A stretch of 64,000 bases of DNA from Tubulanus polymorphus. Taxonomy: Eukaryota; Animalia; Nemertea. Positions 1 to 12,630 of this stretch are shown piece by piece (position 1 is the first letter of the stretch; each line of letters opens with the position of its first letter). The position numbers were made by a program, and so were the translations under genes. The DNA lies in NCBI RefSeq assembly GCF_964204645.1, contig NC_134025.1:23230299-23294298 (forward strand). The letters run 5' to 3'. A model generated the notes under the pieces. The model had not been told where the DNA came from. It saw only the letters and a list, made by a program, of their open reading frames with translations, and ran no database searches.

Positions 1-1837
1 ATTACTATCTAATTCGATATTCTATAGTAGGCCTACTTAAGTCGGACGTGTGCCAAATTTTTTTCAAATCGCCTTGTCGAGCTCGAAGAAACAATGACAA
101 AGAGCGCACGCCTCGTGCTTTGAACGACGAAATTACAATGCACGGTTAGTATGTATCTAGGTAGCACCGCGAGTTCAAGCGGTAGTTGAAGAATCTCGGA
201 ATTTCGAATACTCTGGCGATTCATAATCATAAAGGAGACACATTTTTTTAACACGGTACAGAGCCGCGAACATTCGACTTCGAACTTCGCACCGCAGACC
301 AACAGTAACGACAACATAGACCGACTGACCCCCAGTCAAATAAATAGGTCTTTAGACTGTGAATAAAAAATAACACATACTCAAAATATAGATAGGGCCT
401 AACGTAAATAAAGTCCGCTTCATTTGAGATTAAAAACCTACAATTCATCACTACTACTATAATAGTATCATCATCCGATGATAAGAATTCTTTCTTCAGA
501 GTTTCTGCAGAAATATCATTTATGACTTGTAAGTCTAACCTAGGGCTGGGAACTATTTTCGCAATTCTTTTATAGGCCTAAAATAGCCTAATCAGTACTT
601 CAATTTTAGATAAATAATTTTTAGCAGAGATCAGTTTCTAATTCTATAGGCAGGAAAAAATTTTCTTCTGAATCATAATCACTTCTATTTGATGTTTAGT
701 CACTAGGCAACTACAACTGGAGGCTGTGCTTTAAGCAGATCTTTCAGGAACGTGAAAATTTGTCTAACTTGAGCGATAACCTAGCGATTAGGTCACTAAC
801 TAAGCCAAGTTCGGAGTTGTCCTTTCGGGGTATCAAGATGTTTCACACTATAGGTAAAAACTGCTTAAGGATTGGAATATAGGGCCTAAAATGATAAAAG
901 GATCATTTAGGACCTATCATTGCTATATAGGCCTAAATAGACAATGGATATTCCGCAGAAACAGCATTATTTTAGTAGCCCAAGTATTATTATGCTGCAT
1001 TCTATATAAAATAAGATAGGCCACTAAAAAAAAATAATTTCAACATTATTCTTATATTAGACGAAGGGTCAGGGTTATGATCTAGAGGGTTAAGGTAAGG
1101 ATGAGAAGAGGGTTAGGGTATATTTTAAGGCTAGGATTAGGGTTTAAAATAGGATTCTACATTGAAAAAATTCAAGCAGTTTACAACCCGACAACGAGCC
1201 TCAGATCAATAAATCATTGACCTAATGGGAAGTATATACACGAGCAATATGCTGGCCTTGGTTTGACTTGTCAATATCCTGCTCAATCTCTACCTTTCCC
1301 CTCGCACAAGTTGCACACATCAACATCATGGGATAAGCCATAGCACTGCCATAGTGAAATTTACTTACGATACGAGGGTTGACAACATAATCTATATACA
1401 TCTAAAATTTTGAAGTCATGATTTGACATTTCGACAACGATAAGCCACAATAATAATCCAGGGACAGCAAGACCATATTGTAACGTAGCCGTAGGAGGCC
1501 GATTTTCGCTTGTAGGGAGTAGTCAATCGGGCTACAACATATGCCAAAAAAGACGTTGCATTCAATCATTGTGAAAATGACTCAGCCTTAACCCTCTTCA
1601 TTACAATTTTTGGGAGGGGGTACGAAAGTGCAATAGCGCTTTCATTAATCTATAGGCCTACTAAATCAAATGAACACCGAACAGGGAGGAGACCGACTGG
1701 GCTGACTTGATTTAGTCGTGTAAGTAGTTAGACCGAGCGAGGATGAAGTCGAACCGTAGAGAGAGAGTGTGCGGTGGACGGGCCGTAGAGGCCGAGGATA
1801 CTCAGTCAGTACCTAATTAACCTGTCCTATGCATGGT

Positions 1838-2385
1838 CTAATGTCTATTTATTAATTGATGAGACCTGTTTTTCTGGGATATTTTGCTTACTTTTTGGGG
1901 TACATACCTCATTTATGTCTTAACAGAATGCCAAAAATCGCGGACAACAACTGAATATCCGATATATTTCCAGTTCTGTACCAATTAGATGGATTGGCAA
2001 AAAGACTCCTTAAGTCCAGTTGAATGAGAGAGAAAATCCTCCATTTTGTCAAATTTCTTGGATTTGAACATTGTTACCATGCCTACGCCACCCTGATTTA
2101 GTTGTTGAGACCCCACAAGAAAAATAACTTCATTTCGTAGGCATGGTGACAATGTAAAAATTCAAGAAATTTCACAAAATGGAGGATTTTCTCTCTCATT
2201 CAACTGGACTTAAGGAGTCTTTTTGCCAATCCATCTAATTGGTACAGAACTGGAAATATATCGGATATTCAGTTGTTGTCCGCGACTTTTGGCATTCTGT
2301 TAAGACATAAATGAGGTATGTACCCCAAAAAGTAAGCAAAATATCCCAGAAAAACAGGTCTCATCAATTAATAAATAGACATTAG
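1838..2385. mobile_element. Foldback/MITE-like non-autonomous DNA element (long near-perfect palindrome)
   Basis: Arms of about 250 bp (1838-2087 and 2136-2385) are nearly exact reverse complements (CTAATGTCTATTTATTAATTGATGAGACC... / ...GGTCTCATCAATTAATAAATAGACATTAG) around a spacer of about 48 bp. A TA target duplication is possible. No ORF. Confidence 0.8.
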
Positions 2386-2814
2386 CAATGCGATAATGAA
2401 TTAAAATCCTGAATACTTTTAAGACCAAAATCAATACGATCAAAATAAATACTCATACCTCAAAAACACACTGTATGCAGCTATGTAACGACTGAAGCGC
2501 GTCAGACTGTCAAATCAACACACAAACGCTGCACTCCACGCGTGACCAACCGCGACACCCGTTGCCCGTAGCGCTCGAACGAGAAACCCTCGCTTACCGG
2601 TGATGACACTTCAATTCAATTCATTAACAATTCCAGGATAGGTGGGCGCGTGGTCCGTCCTCTCGCATCCCGCTGCAAGTACATTTCTATTCTTTACTTT
2701 CTAATCCAGCAAAACATCAACTTGAAAACATTAGTGGAAATTAGAGCTGTTCGAAAACAAACTGTTAATACGATTCCATTGATTAGATGCATTTTTCCGT
2801 AAGTACAAGTAGAC

Positions 2815-3385
2815 GCCGAGGGCCAGCTCAAAGCTGGTCCGGGTTAAATGCAGGAAATGGTATGAAGAGTAACCGACAGAAATGCAGAACAAAACGTTAC
2901 AAAACTAAGAATTAATGTCAAATGGAATTTGGTGATCCACTGAGGTGCTCTGAACGGATCATAAATGTGTAAAAATCTATCAATTGTTAGTATTGCAATC
3001 ACCCATGGCTCCGTAGTTTTGAAAACTGTTCCTATCCCAGATGATCCATATCTATAGAAATATGGAAAAAATGTCACCATTATGAATATGGAATGCAAGT
3101 TTACCATACGCAACTAACGCAGCCGTGAACCGGAGAGAGAGACCCAAATAACTCGTAGAAAGCGTTACTGCATCAAAACCAGCCCACATCTGCATGAGCC
3201 AAGTGGAAGAATTGAAGCCTTTATTTGACTTCGCTCTGGCAATACGACGGTAAATGAATATTGTGACCACATCCAGTATGACACCTAAAATTCCTGTCGG
3301 TAAAATCGCTACGGATGCCGACTATCATTGGTGTGAAGAGCTGGAGCGGACACCGATATGAGCAATTCGCTGTTATCATTGCCAT
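2815..3385 (-). pseudogene. Diverged class A GPCR pseudogene (TM1-TM4 fragment)
   Basis: Frameshifted pieces (MAMITANCSYRCPLQLFTP; TIFIYRRIARAKSNKGFNSSTWLMQMWAGFD; KTTEPWVIAILTIDRFLHIYDPF) align with the receptor at 6159-7195. Similarity fades near 2815. Confidence 0.85.
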
Positions 3386-4541
3386 ATCGTTCATTTGCAA
3401 CCGTATGTCTGACATCCAAACACATATCCAATTTACCAACAGTTCGCTGATATTGTGAATCAAAAAATGCAAATTACCGGAACAACCAATAGAGTGGAAA
3501 AATCATAATCAAATTTAGAACTATATCAAACGCTGTACCCTGAATACTGAAATCACTTCACCAATGGAATTGATAGATATATTTCTAGATGGTTCATACA
3601 AGGCTTTCATGAATGCCCAAACGGAAAATAGTGAAGTTTTAGATGATATCAATTACACTTGTCAGCGACCAAAGAAACCGACAATTTTCTGTTATTTTGG
3701 GGTTTTGGGGTCAATTAGACCCCCTAGGAGCCCTTGCACCGGGCGAAAATTATAAACACCGGGCTGTAGCTCTTGCATAGCATTATCTTCGATGGAAATT
3801 TCGGGAAAATTGGCCCTATTTTAGAATGAGGTCTCCATAGAGACCGGGAACCAGTCTACGTTGCTGCCGAGTCCGGTTCCGAGTCCGTACAATAACAACT
3901 ACAAATGAAATAGATGAATTAAGGTGTATATTCACAATTTATTTTAACGTAAAATATCTTTTTATCCAATAACAGTGCAAAAAATACACATTAAAAACCA
4001 CTAAAAAATTTATAATAAATTTGAATCGAGTGATGAAATAAATTTGAATCGAGTGATACCGAATCCAGTGCTCACTTCACGACGTTAGGGTGGGGCCTCC
4101 CAACTATCTTCGCCGTTCCAGTGATTATTCTAATATCCGAAGGTCATACATATAATTATAATCTATATTATACGTAACATTAGAACCCACCGGAAACGTT
4201 CAATTCGGGGGGGGGGGGGGGTGAGGTCACCCACGAAAATTCTGACAATTTTAAGCGGTAAGATGCATTTCCGCTCAATTCAGATAATATATACTTCAAA
4301 CGACTGTGCGGAACAGTCAGTGATGAGGAATTATAGTCAAAAAATTGTCTGCGACAAAAAGAAAATATTGGAACTCGGGAATTCGGTTAAGGGACAGACA
4401 ATTGGGTCTGATTGACAACCGGTTAAATCCCTCGTGGGTATTCTCATGTTTAGTTTAATGATTACGAATAAAGGAAAATAGTTTATTTTTGAAAATGTTT
4501 AAGAAATTATCGAATTGACATGAGGAGGCCGCGAACATCGT

Positions 4542-5229
4542 TCATTTGGTTCTCCTGTTACAGCACATCATGCGCTGGAGTTCTTTTTTGAATACAGGAT
4601 TAATGACTGAAAAAACTATGAAATTGACGACGCTATTGAAGGAACCCATATTTTTTACACTTGCATACAACCACGGTCGTGAATAAAGTGCCTTTAACGC
4701 TTTCCCCTCTGGTGTGACACCTTGATAAACATGTTTGATAGCATCAGGTCCCTTGAATAACAGATAACTGAACACAATCGAAAGTACGACAGCAGTAGCT
4801 CGAGTATTTTTAGATTTAGGAGTACTGGAGTTTCGCCTGATCAAAAAAGCGCTTTTGAAAACTAATATCAAAATACCGATATTGGCCACTGATGTTAACA
4901 ATACGGGAATCAATACACCGTATATACCAATGCGAAATCGCGATAGAAATTTCTCCATGTCGTTTCTTCTCCAAACGAAAATATAACCAGGTACTCCGTA
5001 GGGACAAGTGAAAGGAACCAGCTCAAAGCTGCCCATAGGCTTAAATGCTGGAAACGGCATTAAAAGTAAAACCCACAGAAATGTAGAACAAACTAACATG
5101 AAACTGAGAATTAATGACAAGCGGAATTTGGTGATCCACTGAGGCGCTCTGAACGGATCATAAATGTGTAAAAATCTATCAACACTAAGCAACGCGATCA
5201 CCCACGGCTCCGTAGTCTTGAATGTTGTC
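4542..5229 (-). pseudogene. 5'-truncated class A GPCR copy (TM3-TM7 open)
   Basis: The ORF retains the DRF motif and TM7 NSVVNFIVF, but the start codon and TM1-2 are deleted. The junction GAATGTTGTC|GTATTCAAGCC corresponds to joining about 6847 to about 7366 of the neighbouring unit. Confidence 0.85.
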
Positions 5230-6158
5230 GTATTCAAGCCAAGAATAGAAAATAATTTAATTTACTCGAAGGAAATATCCTTTCACAACTCGCGTATTTG
5301 ATTGTTACCGTCACAACGACAGGTAGATTTGATGTATCAATTTTCCCTGAAAAACGAAAAACCAAATTTTCTGCAAGAGGTGGTGCATGGTATTTAACCC
5401 CGTCTTTGGAAAGGCGGACGAAACCAGAATAAAGGGGTGCTCGTGCAATATCTACAGTAGAATGCAGGCGTGGATTTAGGCGGCTTTTTGATCCTGCTCT
5501 TGACAAGACCCTCGATTGGGGTTTTGAGGCCATTTTCCCCTGAACTCTTAACTTTGTACTGCCTAAAAGTGGCTGTTCTTACGGGCGGGCCCGTACGGAT
5601 AATTTATTGCAGTTACAATAATAAATGATAAATAGATCATAATGCAATCATTAAGCTTTTGACATTGGCTTATAGAATCTAAGATCAGGGGTTATTTTCA
5701 AAGAAGGGTGGGGCCTCCCAACTACCTTCGCCGTTCCAGTTATTATTCTAATATTTGAAGGTCACACATATAACTACAATCTATATTATACGTAACATTA
5801 GAACCTGCCGGAAACGCTCAATTCAGGGGGGGGGGGGGTTGAGATCACCCCCAAGAAAATTCTGACAATTTGAAGCGTTTAAGATGCATTTCCGCCCAAT
5901 TCAGATAATACTTCAAATGACTGTGCGGAACAGTCAGTGATGAGGAATTATAGTAAAGAAATTGTCTGTGACAAAAAAAAATATTTGAACTCGGGAATTC
6001 GGTTAAGGGGCAGACAATTGGGTCTGATTGACAACCGGTTACATTCCACGTGGGTATTCTAATTTTTAGTTTAAAGATTACGAATAAAGGGAAAATAGTT
6101 TATTCCTGAAAATGATTGAGAAATTATCGAATTGACATGAGGAGGCCGCGAACATCGT

Positions 6159-7195
6159 TCATTTGGTTCTCCTGTTACAGCACATCATGCGCTGGAGTTC
6201 TTTTTTGAATACAGGATTAATGACTGAAAAAACTATGAAATTGACGACGCTATTGAAGGAACCCATATTTTTTACACTTGCATACAACCACGGTCGTGAA
6301 TAAAGTGCCTTTAACGCTTTCCCCTCTGGTGTGAACCTTGATAAACATGTGTGATAGCATCAGGTCCTTTGAGTAACAGATAACTGAACACAATCGAAAG
6401 TACGACAGCAGTAGCTCGAGTGTTTTTAGATTTAGGAGTACTGGAGTTTCGCCTGATCAAAAAAGCGCTTTTGAAAACTAATATCAGAATACCGATATTG
6501 GCCACTGATATTAACAATACGGGAATCAATACACCGTATATACCAATGCGGAATCGCGATAGGAATTTCTCCATGTCGTTTCTTCTCCGAACGAATCTTA
6601 GACCAGGTACTCCATACGGACAAGTGGATGCAACCGGTTCAAAGCTGTCCATAGGTTTAAATGCTGGAAACGGAATAAAAAGCAAAACCCTCAGAAAAGT
6701 AGAACAAAGAAACATGAAACTGAGAATTAATGACAAGCGGAATTTGGTGATCCATTGTGGTGCTCTGAACGGATCATAAATGTGCAAAAATCTATCAACA
6801 GTAAGCAACGCGATCACCCACGGCTCCGTAGTCTTGAATGTTGTCCCGACTCCACCCGAGCCGTATCTATAGAAAAATGGAAAGATATTGCCTTTGTGAA
6901 TGTGGAATGCGAGTTTGCCATACGCAACTAAGGCAGCCGTGAACCGGAGTGAGGTACTTAAATAACTCGCAGAAAGCGTCACTGCATCAAAACCAGCCCA
7001 CACCTGCACGAGCCAAGTGGATGATTGGAAGCCTTTATTCGACGGGCCTCTGACGATCCGACGGTACACAAATATTGTGGTCACATCCAGTACGACACCC
7101 AGAATTCCTGCGGGTAAAATTGCAATGGACGTTGTTATAACTGGTCTGAAGGGTTGCAGCGGACACTGGGAGGCATTCCATATTAGCAATGCCAT
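6159..7195 (-). CDS. Intronless rhodopsin-family (class A) GPCR, peptide-receptor-like/chemoreceptor-type; one 1-bp deletion near 6335
   Basis: Seven hydrophobic segments, TM3 LLTVDRFLHIYDPF, TM6 FSYLLLKGP, TM7 NSVVNFIVFSVINPVFKKEL. The span is 1037 nt, one short of 1038 (345 aa). GTGAACCTT here versus GTGACACCTT in the other copies. Confidence 0.85.
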
Positions 7196-8288
7196 GTCGT
7201 CTATAAGAAGTCTATTTACGGACTGATTTTCGAACGGTATATAGTTTCATACCATGATCAAATATGAGACAAATGATATCGTTAGGGGATCAACCAATAG
7301 AGTAAAAGCTGAAATCACCGTTGCTTCGTTGCAAATAGAATTTTATTTCTTTCTTAAATCGCTCGTATTCAAGCCAAGAAAAGAAAATAATTTAATTTAC
7401 TCGAAGGAAATATCCTTTCACAACTCGCGTATTTGATTGTTACCGTCAGAACGACAGGTAGATTTGATGTATCAATTTTCCCTGAAAAACGAAAAACCAA
7501 ATTTTCTGCAAGAGGTGGTGCATGGTATTTAACCCCGTCTTTGGAAAGGCGGACGAAACCAGAATAAAGGGGTGCTCGTGCAATATCTACAGTAGAATGC
7601 AGGCGTGGATTTAGGCGGCTTTTTGATCCTGCTCTTGACAAAGCCCTCGATTGGGGTTTTGAGGCCATTTTCCCCTGAACTCTTAACTTTGTACTGCCTA
7701 ATAGTGGCTGTTCTTACGGGCGGGCCCGTACGGATAATTTATTGCAGTTACAATAATAAATGATAAATAGATCATAATGCAATCATTAAGCTTTTGACAT
7801 TGGCTTATAGAATCTAAGATCAGGGGTTATTTTCAAAGAAGGGTGGGGCCTCCCAACTACCTTCGCCGTTCCAGTTATTATTCTAATATTTGAAGGTCAC
7901 ACATATAACTACAATCTATATTATACGTAACATTAGAACCTGCCGGAAATGCTCAATTCAGGGGGGGGGTGAGGTCACCCCCAAGAAAATTCTGACAATT
8001 TGAAGCGTTTAAGATGCATTTCCGCCCAATTCAGATAATACTTCAAATGACTGTGCGGAACAGTCAGTGATGAGGAATTATAGTAAAGAAATTGTCTGTG
8101 ACAAAAAAAAATATTTGAACTCGGGAATTCGGTTAAGGGGCAGACAATTGGGTCTGATTGACAACCGGTTACATTCCACGTGGGTATTCTAATTTTTAGT
8201 TTAAAGATTACGAATAAAGGGAAAATAGTTTATTCCTGAAAATGATTGAGAAATTATCGAATTGACATGAGGAGGCCGCGAACATCGT

Positions 8289-9327
8289 TCATTTGGTTCT
8301 CCTGTTACAGCACATCATGCGCTGGAGTTCTTTTTTGAATACAGGATTAATGACTGAAAAAACTATGAAATTGACGACGCTATTGAAGGAACCCATATTT
8401 TTTACACTTGCATACAACCACGGTCGTGAATAAAGTGCCTTTAACGCTTTCCCCTCTGGTGTGACACCTTGATAAACATGTGTGATAGCATCAGGTCCTT
8501 TGAGTAACAGATAACTGAACACAATCGAAAGTACGACAGCAGTAGCTCGAGTGTTTTTAGATTTAGGAGTACTGGAGTTTCGCCTGATCAAAAAAGCGCT
8601 TTTGAAAACTAATATCAGAATACCGATATTGGCCACTGATATTAACAATACGGGAATCAATACACCGTATATACCAATGCGGAATCGCGATAGGAATTTC
8701 TCCATGTCGTTTCTTCTCCGAACGAATCTTAGACCAGGTACTCCATACGGACAAGTGGATGCAACCGGTTCAAAGCTGTCCGTAGGTTTAAATGCTGGAA
8801 ACGGTATAAAAAGCAAAACCCTCAGAAAAAGTAGAACAAAGAAACATGAAACTGAGAATTAATGACAAGCGGAATTTGGTGATCCATTGTGGTGCTCTGA
8901 ACGGATCATAAATGTGCAAAAACCTATCAACAGTAAGCAACGCGATCACCCACGGCTCCGTAGTCTTGAATGTTGTCCCGACTCCACCCGAGCCGTATCT
9001 ATAGAAAAATGGAAAGATATTGCCTTTGTGAATGTGGAATGCGAGTTTGCCATACGCAACTAAGGCAGCCGTGAACCGGAGTGAGGTACTTAAATAACTC
9101 GCAGAAAGCGTCACTGCATCAAAACCAGCCCACACCTGCACGAGCCAAGTGGATGATTGGAAGCCTTTATTCGACTGGCCTCTGACGATCCGACGGTAAA
9201 CAAATATTGTGGTCACATCCAGTACGACACCCAGAATTCCTGTGGGTAAAATTGCAATGGACGTTGTTATAACTGGTCTGAAGGGCTGCAGCGGACACTG
9301 GGAGGCATTCCATATTAGCAATGCCAT
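8289..9327 (-). CDS. Intronless class A GPCR, near-identical paralog; one 1-bp insertion near 8828
   Basis: ORFs 8788-9327 and 8289-8816 join into a 345-aa receptor if the A5 run (CTCAGAAAAAGTAG) is A4, as in the neighbouring copy. The span is 1039 nt. Confidence 0.85.
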
Positions 9328-11334
9328 GTCGTCTATAAAAGTCTATTTACGGACTGATTTTCGAACGGTATATAGTTTCATACCACGATCAAATATGAGA
9401 TAAATGATATCGTTAGGGGATCAACCAATAGAGTAAAAGCTGAAATCACCGTTGCTTCGTTGCAAATAGAATTTGATTTCTTTCTTAAATCGCTCGTATT
9501 CAAGCCAAGAAAAGAAAATAATTTAATTTACCCGAAGGAAATATCCTTTCACAACTCGCATATTTTATTGTTACCGTCAGAACGACAGGTAGATTGGATG
9601 TATCAATTTTCCCTGAAAAACGAAAAACCAAATTTTCTGCAAGAGGTGGTATTTAACCTCGTCTTTGGAAAGGCGTACGAAACCAGAATAAAGGGATGCT
9701 CGTGCAATATTTATAGTAGATATTTATAGTAGAATGCAGGCGTGGATTTAGGCGGCTTTTTGATCCTGCTCTTGACAAGACCCTCGACTGGGATTTTGAG
9801 GCCATTTTCCCCTGAACTCTAAACTTTGTACTGCCTTATAGTGGCTATTCTTACGGATTGACCGTGGATAGCTCTGGGAGTATCCCTACGGACTGCGGTG
9901 CAATCTCCCTACCCACATAGATTCCCGCCAGCCAGAAGTAACTTAGTTTCACTCCTACCTCCCTGGTTTCACTCATTTTTGTGCTTCCCAAATTATTGTA
10001 TGCTAACTGTCCATCTGTTGATTTGTTTTTTTTCGAAACCTTATTTTCAGAAATCATGTCAAATAGCAGGCATTTTTCTTTGATTAATCACTGCGCTTGT
10101 TTTTTATTCATTTGATCTTTTTTGATGGTGCAACTAGACTTTTATGATCCTATTCATTTAATAATGTTTTGTAATAAAAACCTGCATTTGGACACTAAAG
10201 TGATGTTTTTTGTAAGGGCAGCAAGGTCCATCAAAATATAATTGTTACACTGGAGGATGATCTCCGTACGGACGCTCTATTACAAAGGTCCCCAGAATAG
10301 AATTATCCGTCCGGACGTTCTATTAGCAAGGACCGCCTGACCGCCTGTGTGTTAAATCCGTACTGCCATTGTATTAGCAAAGTCTAGTTTTCGGCTGGAT
10401 TAAGTGCTAGATTGATTACCTCAATTGAGGTTAACTTACGCTTTCCAGAGTTTTGGCCAGGTTTATCTCTGGTTTTAGTTCGGGGCCTTGGGGCGTTTGA
10501 CTATAACGGATAACCGACTGTTACATCTTTAGCAACCGGAATAATGAATGTTGGTTTGGCATTACGGTTAACTCCGCTGAGTGAATTCTGAGACCTGCAC
10601 GAGAATCTCGGCCCGTGCCAGGATTCGACCTCGATTGAAACTCGATACGCGCGATTTTGATATGCGCGGCGGCGCGGGAATCTGAGACACCTATCGACAG
10701 GAAATATCAATATCAAAATGGCGCGCTTAACTAACGCGAAAAGCAAAAACCTCGCTTAATTTCAAACATAGGCAGCCTCCTTTAAGACCCAAAAATCAGT
10801 ATTTCAATATTCGGTAAGTATTCGTAACATAAGTTAAAATGGCGAAAAATATTTCATCTTAGATATTGCGGGTAATCATATTTCGGAGGTGAATCTAGGC
10901 GCACATGGTGAAAATCAGTCAAGCAAGACAAGTTGAAAAACTAAAAAGGCCAATGATGGATTGACTGACAAGGGCGGATCCAGGAATTTAGAATATGGGG
11001 CCCAAAACTTCAAGAGCTGAAGGTCATCTGATATATTTCTAGACCATAGGCTTGGTCTTGCTGTAGGCGCGTTGGAAGCAACTTTTGATTGTTTCAGAAA
11101 CAGATAATATTCATCTATTCAAGTATCTTCATTACTTTCTTTTATGTTTGATGTTGAACTCTGGAGGCAAAACCAAAACCATAGAAAGAAAGTCCTGGAT
11201 AAATGAACTACAGATTGGAGTGAACAATTTAATTTGTAAGTTTGAATTTTGAATTTGATAATTCTGCAGTCCAGTTATCTAAGGAAAGAAAACAATCTTT
11301 GATTTGTCTATCTTAGGTCACTACAATGGGAACT

Positions 11335-11704
11335 TGGATTCAGTACAGGACAACAAGGAATCTGCGCTTTACAAATAAGACTTTCTTGGAATCAGCGCAG
11401 GACAACCAGGAATCAGTGCTTTAGAGTAATACTTCGTTGGATTTAAGGACTAGGAATCGGTACTTAACATGACTCTGTTGGATTCAATACAGGACAATGA
11501 AACAGAGCTTTACAATCAGACTTTCTTAGATTCTGCACAGGGACATCAGGAATCCTTGTTTTACAATAAGACTCTTGGATTCTGCACAGGACATCAGGAA
11601 TCACTGTTTTACAATAAGACTCTTGGATTCTGCGCAGGAGATCCGGAATCATTGTTTGACAATAAGACTGTCTTGGATTCCGCACAGGACATCAGGATTC
11701 ACTG
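11335..11704. repeat. Minisatellite, unit of about 48 bp, about 7.5 copies
   Basis: Consensus TTGGATTCTGCACAGGACATCAGGAATCACTGTTTTACAATAAGACTC repeated head to tail. Confidence 0.9.
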
Positions 11705-11999
11705 AATGGAAATTCAAGATAAGTTACATTTATCTCATTTATAATTTATAAATTATGTTGTTGGTTTGATTTTAAGGGACCAGTTTTATAGTGTTTGTTA
11801 TAAACAATGTTTTGAAATGAAATCTGGGCTTGAATCCATTCAAATGTCTTTATATCAGTGTATATTTGGTAAGGATTAGTTCATAGTTGGGATTGTTATT
11901 TCAGGGATACATAAAAGAATAAAGCGGGTTAACAGGTTTTCTAAATTGTGATCAACTTTGTTATTTCTAGTCAATATGAAACTGGTCCCTGATATCAAT

Positions 12000-12239
12000 A
12001 ACTCAACTGTTATCAATCACGTTTCTTCATCACAATCAGGTGTGTTCACAATTTCTCTTGGTTATACTTCTGTAGATATCAGACTGATTACAGTTACAGA
12101 TACATGTAACATTGTGTGCAGATACAGAATACAGATCACTGTATTACTTAATCCTGTGATTGAACAGTGATTTGTTCTCTCATTTTCACTATTCCCATCC
12201 ATCTAACTAAAACATCGTACCACTTCAACTCATCTAACC
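12000..12239 (-). repeat. Dispersed repeat of about 240 bp, inverted copy of 20025-20255
   Basis: For example, GAACAGTGATTTGTTCTCTCAT...AACTAAAACATCGTACCACTTCAACTCATCTAACC is the reverse complement of GGTTAGATAAGTTGAAGTGTTACGATGTTTTAGTT...ATGAGAGAACAAATCACTGTTC. Confidence 0.9.
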
Positions 12240-12240
12240 G

Positions 12241-12630
12241 CGGGGTTTGGGAGGGTGGGTAGGGTTGGGGGAGGCCGGGGTAGAGGGAGGGTGGGAGGGA
12301 AGGGGTGTGGGAGGGATGGGGGTATGGGAGGGCGGGAGGGATAGGGTGTGGGAGGGCGGGAGGGATGGGGTATGGGAGGGCGGGAGGGATGGGGTATGGG
12401 AGGGTGGGAGGGATGGGTCTAGGAGGGGGAGGGATGGGGCCTGGGAGGGTGGGAGGGTGGGAGGGATGGGTCTAGGAGGGTGGGAGGGATAGGTTCTGGG
12501 AGTGAGGGTGGGTTGGGGAGGATGGGTGGTGGCAGGACTTTAGAGGGAGGGTTTAGGTGGGTGGGGGTGGGGTAGGGTAGGTTGTGGGTGGGTGGTGGTG
12601 AAGGGTTTAGGTGGGTGGGGATTTAGGGTC
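12241..12630 (+). repeat. G-rich low-complexity tandem repeat (GGGAGGGATGGGGTATGGGAGGGC-like), G-quadruplex-prone
   Basis: Dozens of G3-G5 runs separated by short loops on the + strand. Confidence 0.9.

Larger units (their letters stand above)
4086..9855. repeat. Tandem segmental duplication, unit of about 2.13 kb carrying one GPCR gene
   Basis: The marker GGGTGGGGCCTCCCAACTA recurs at about 4088, 5706 and 7841. GPCR stop codons lie at 4542, 6159 and 8289. The block upstream of the gene recurs at about 5233, 7367 and 9497. The first unit has an internal deletion of about 520 bp. Confidence 0.92.

Noticed and set aside
1066-1152. TTAGGG-like motifs suggesting an interstitial telomere
   Set aside because: Only a few degenerate, non-contiguous units.
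5234-5533. 99-aa minus-strand ORF repeated at 7369-7668
   Set aside because: Its identity follows from the recent tandem duplication. The third copy (about 9500-9805) has indels, and there is no recognisable domain.
10600-10850. CpG-rich patch with two AAAATGGCG (YY1-like) motifs as a promoter
   Set aside because: No associated gene or transcript evidence, and such motifs are common in transposon interiors.
11335-11704. Regular repeats here and at 18030-18298 that could be taken for CRISPR arrays or repeat proteins
   Set aside because: Whole units repeat with no unique spacers, there are no cas genes, the context is eukaryotic, and the frames break between units.
12247-12492. Gly/Trp-rich ORF (and the Pro/Ser-rich ORF at 19527-19712)
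   Set aside because: These are translation by-products of G-rich simple repeats.
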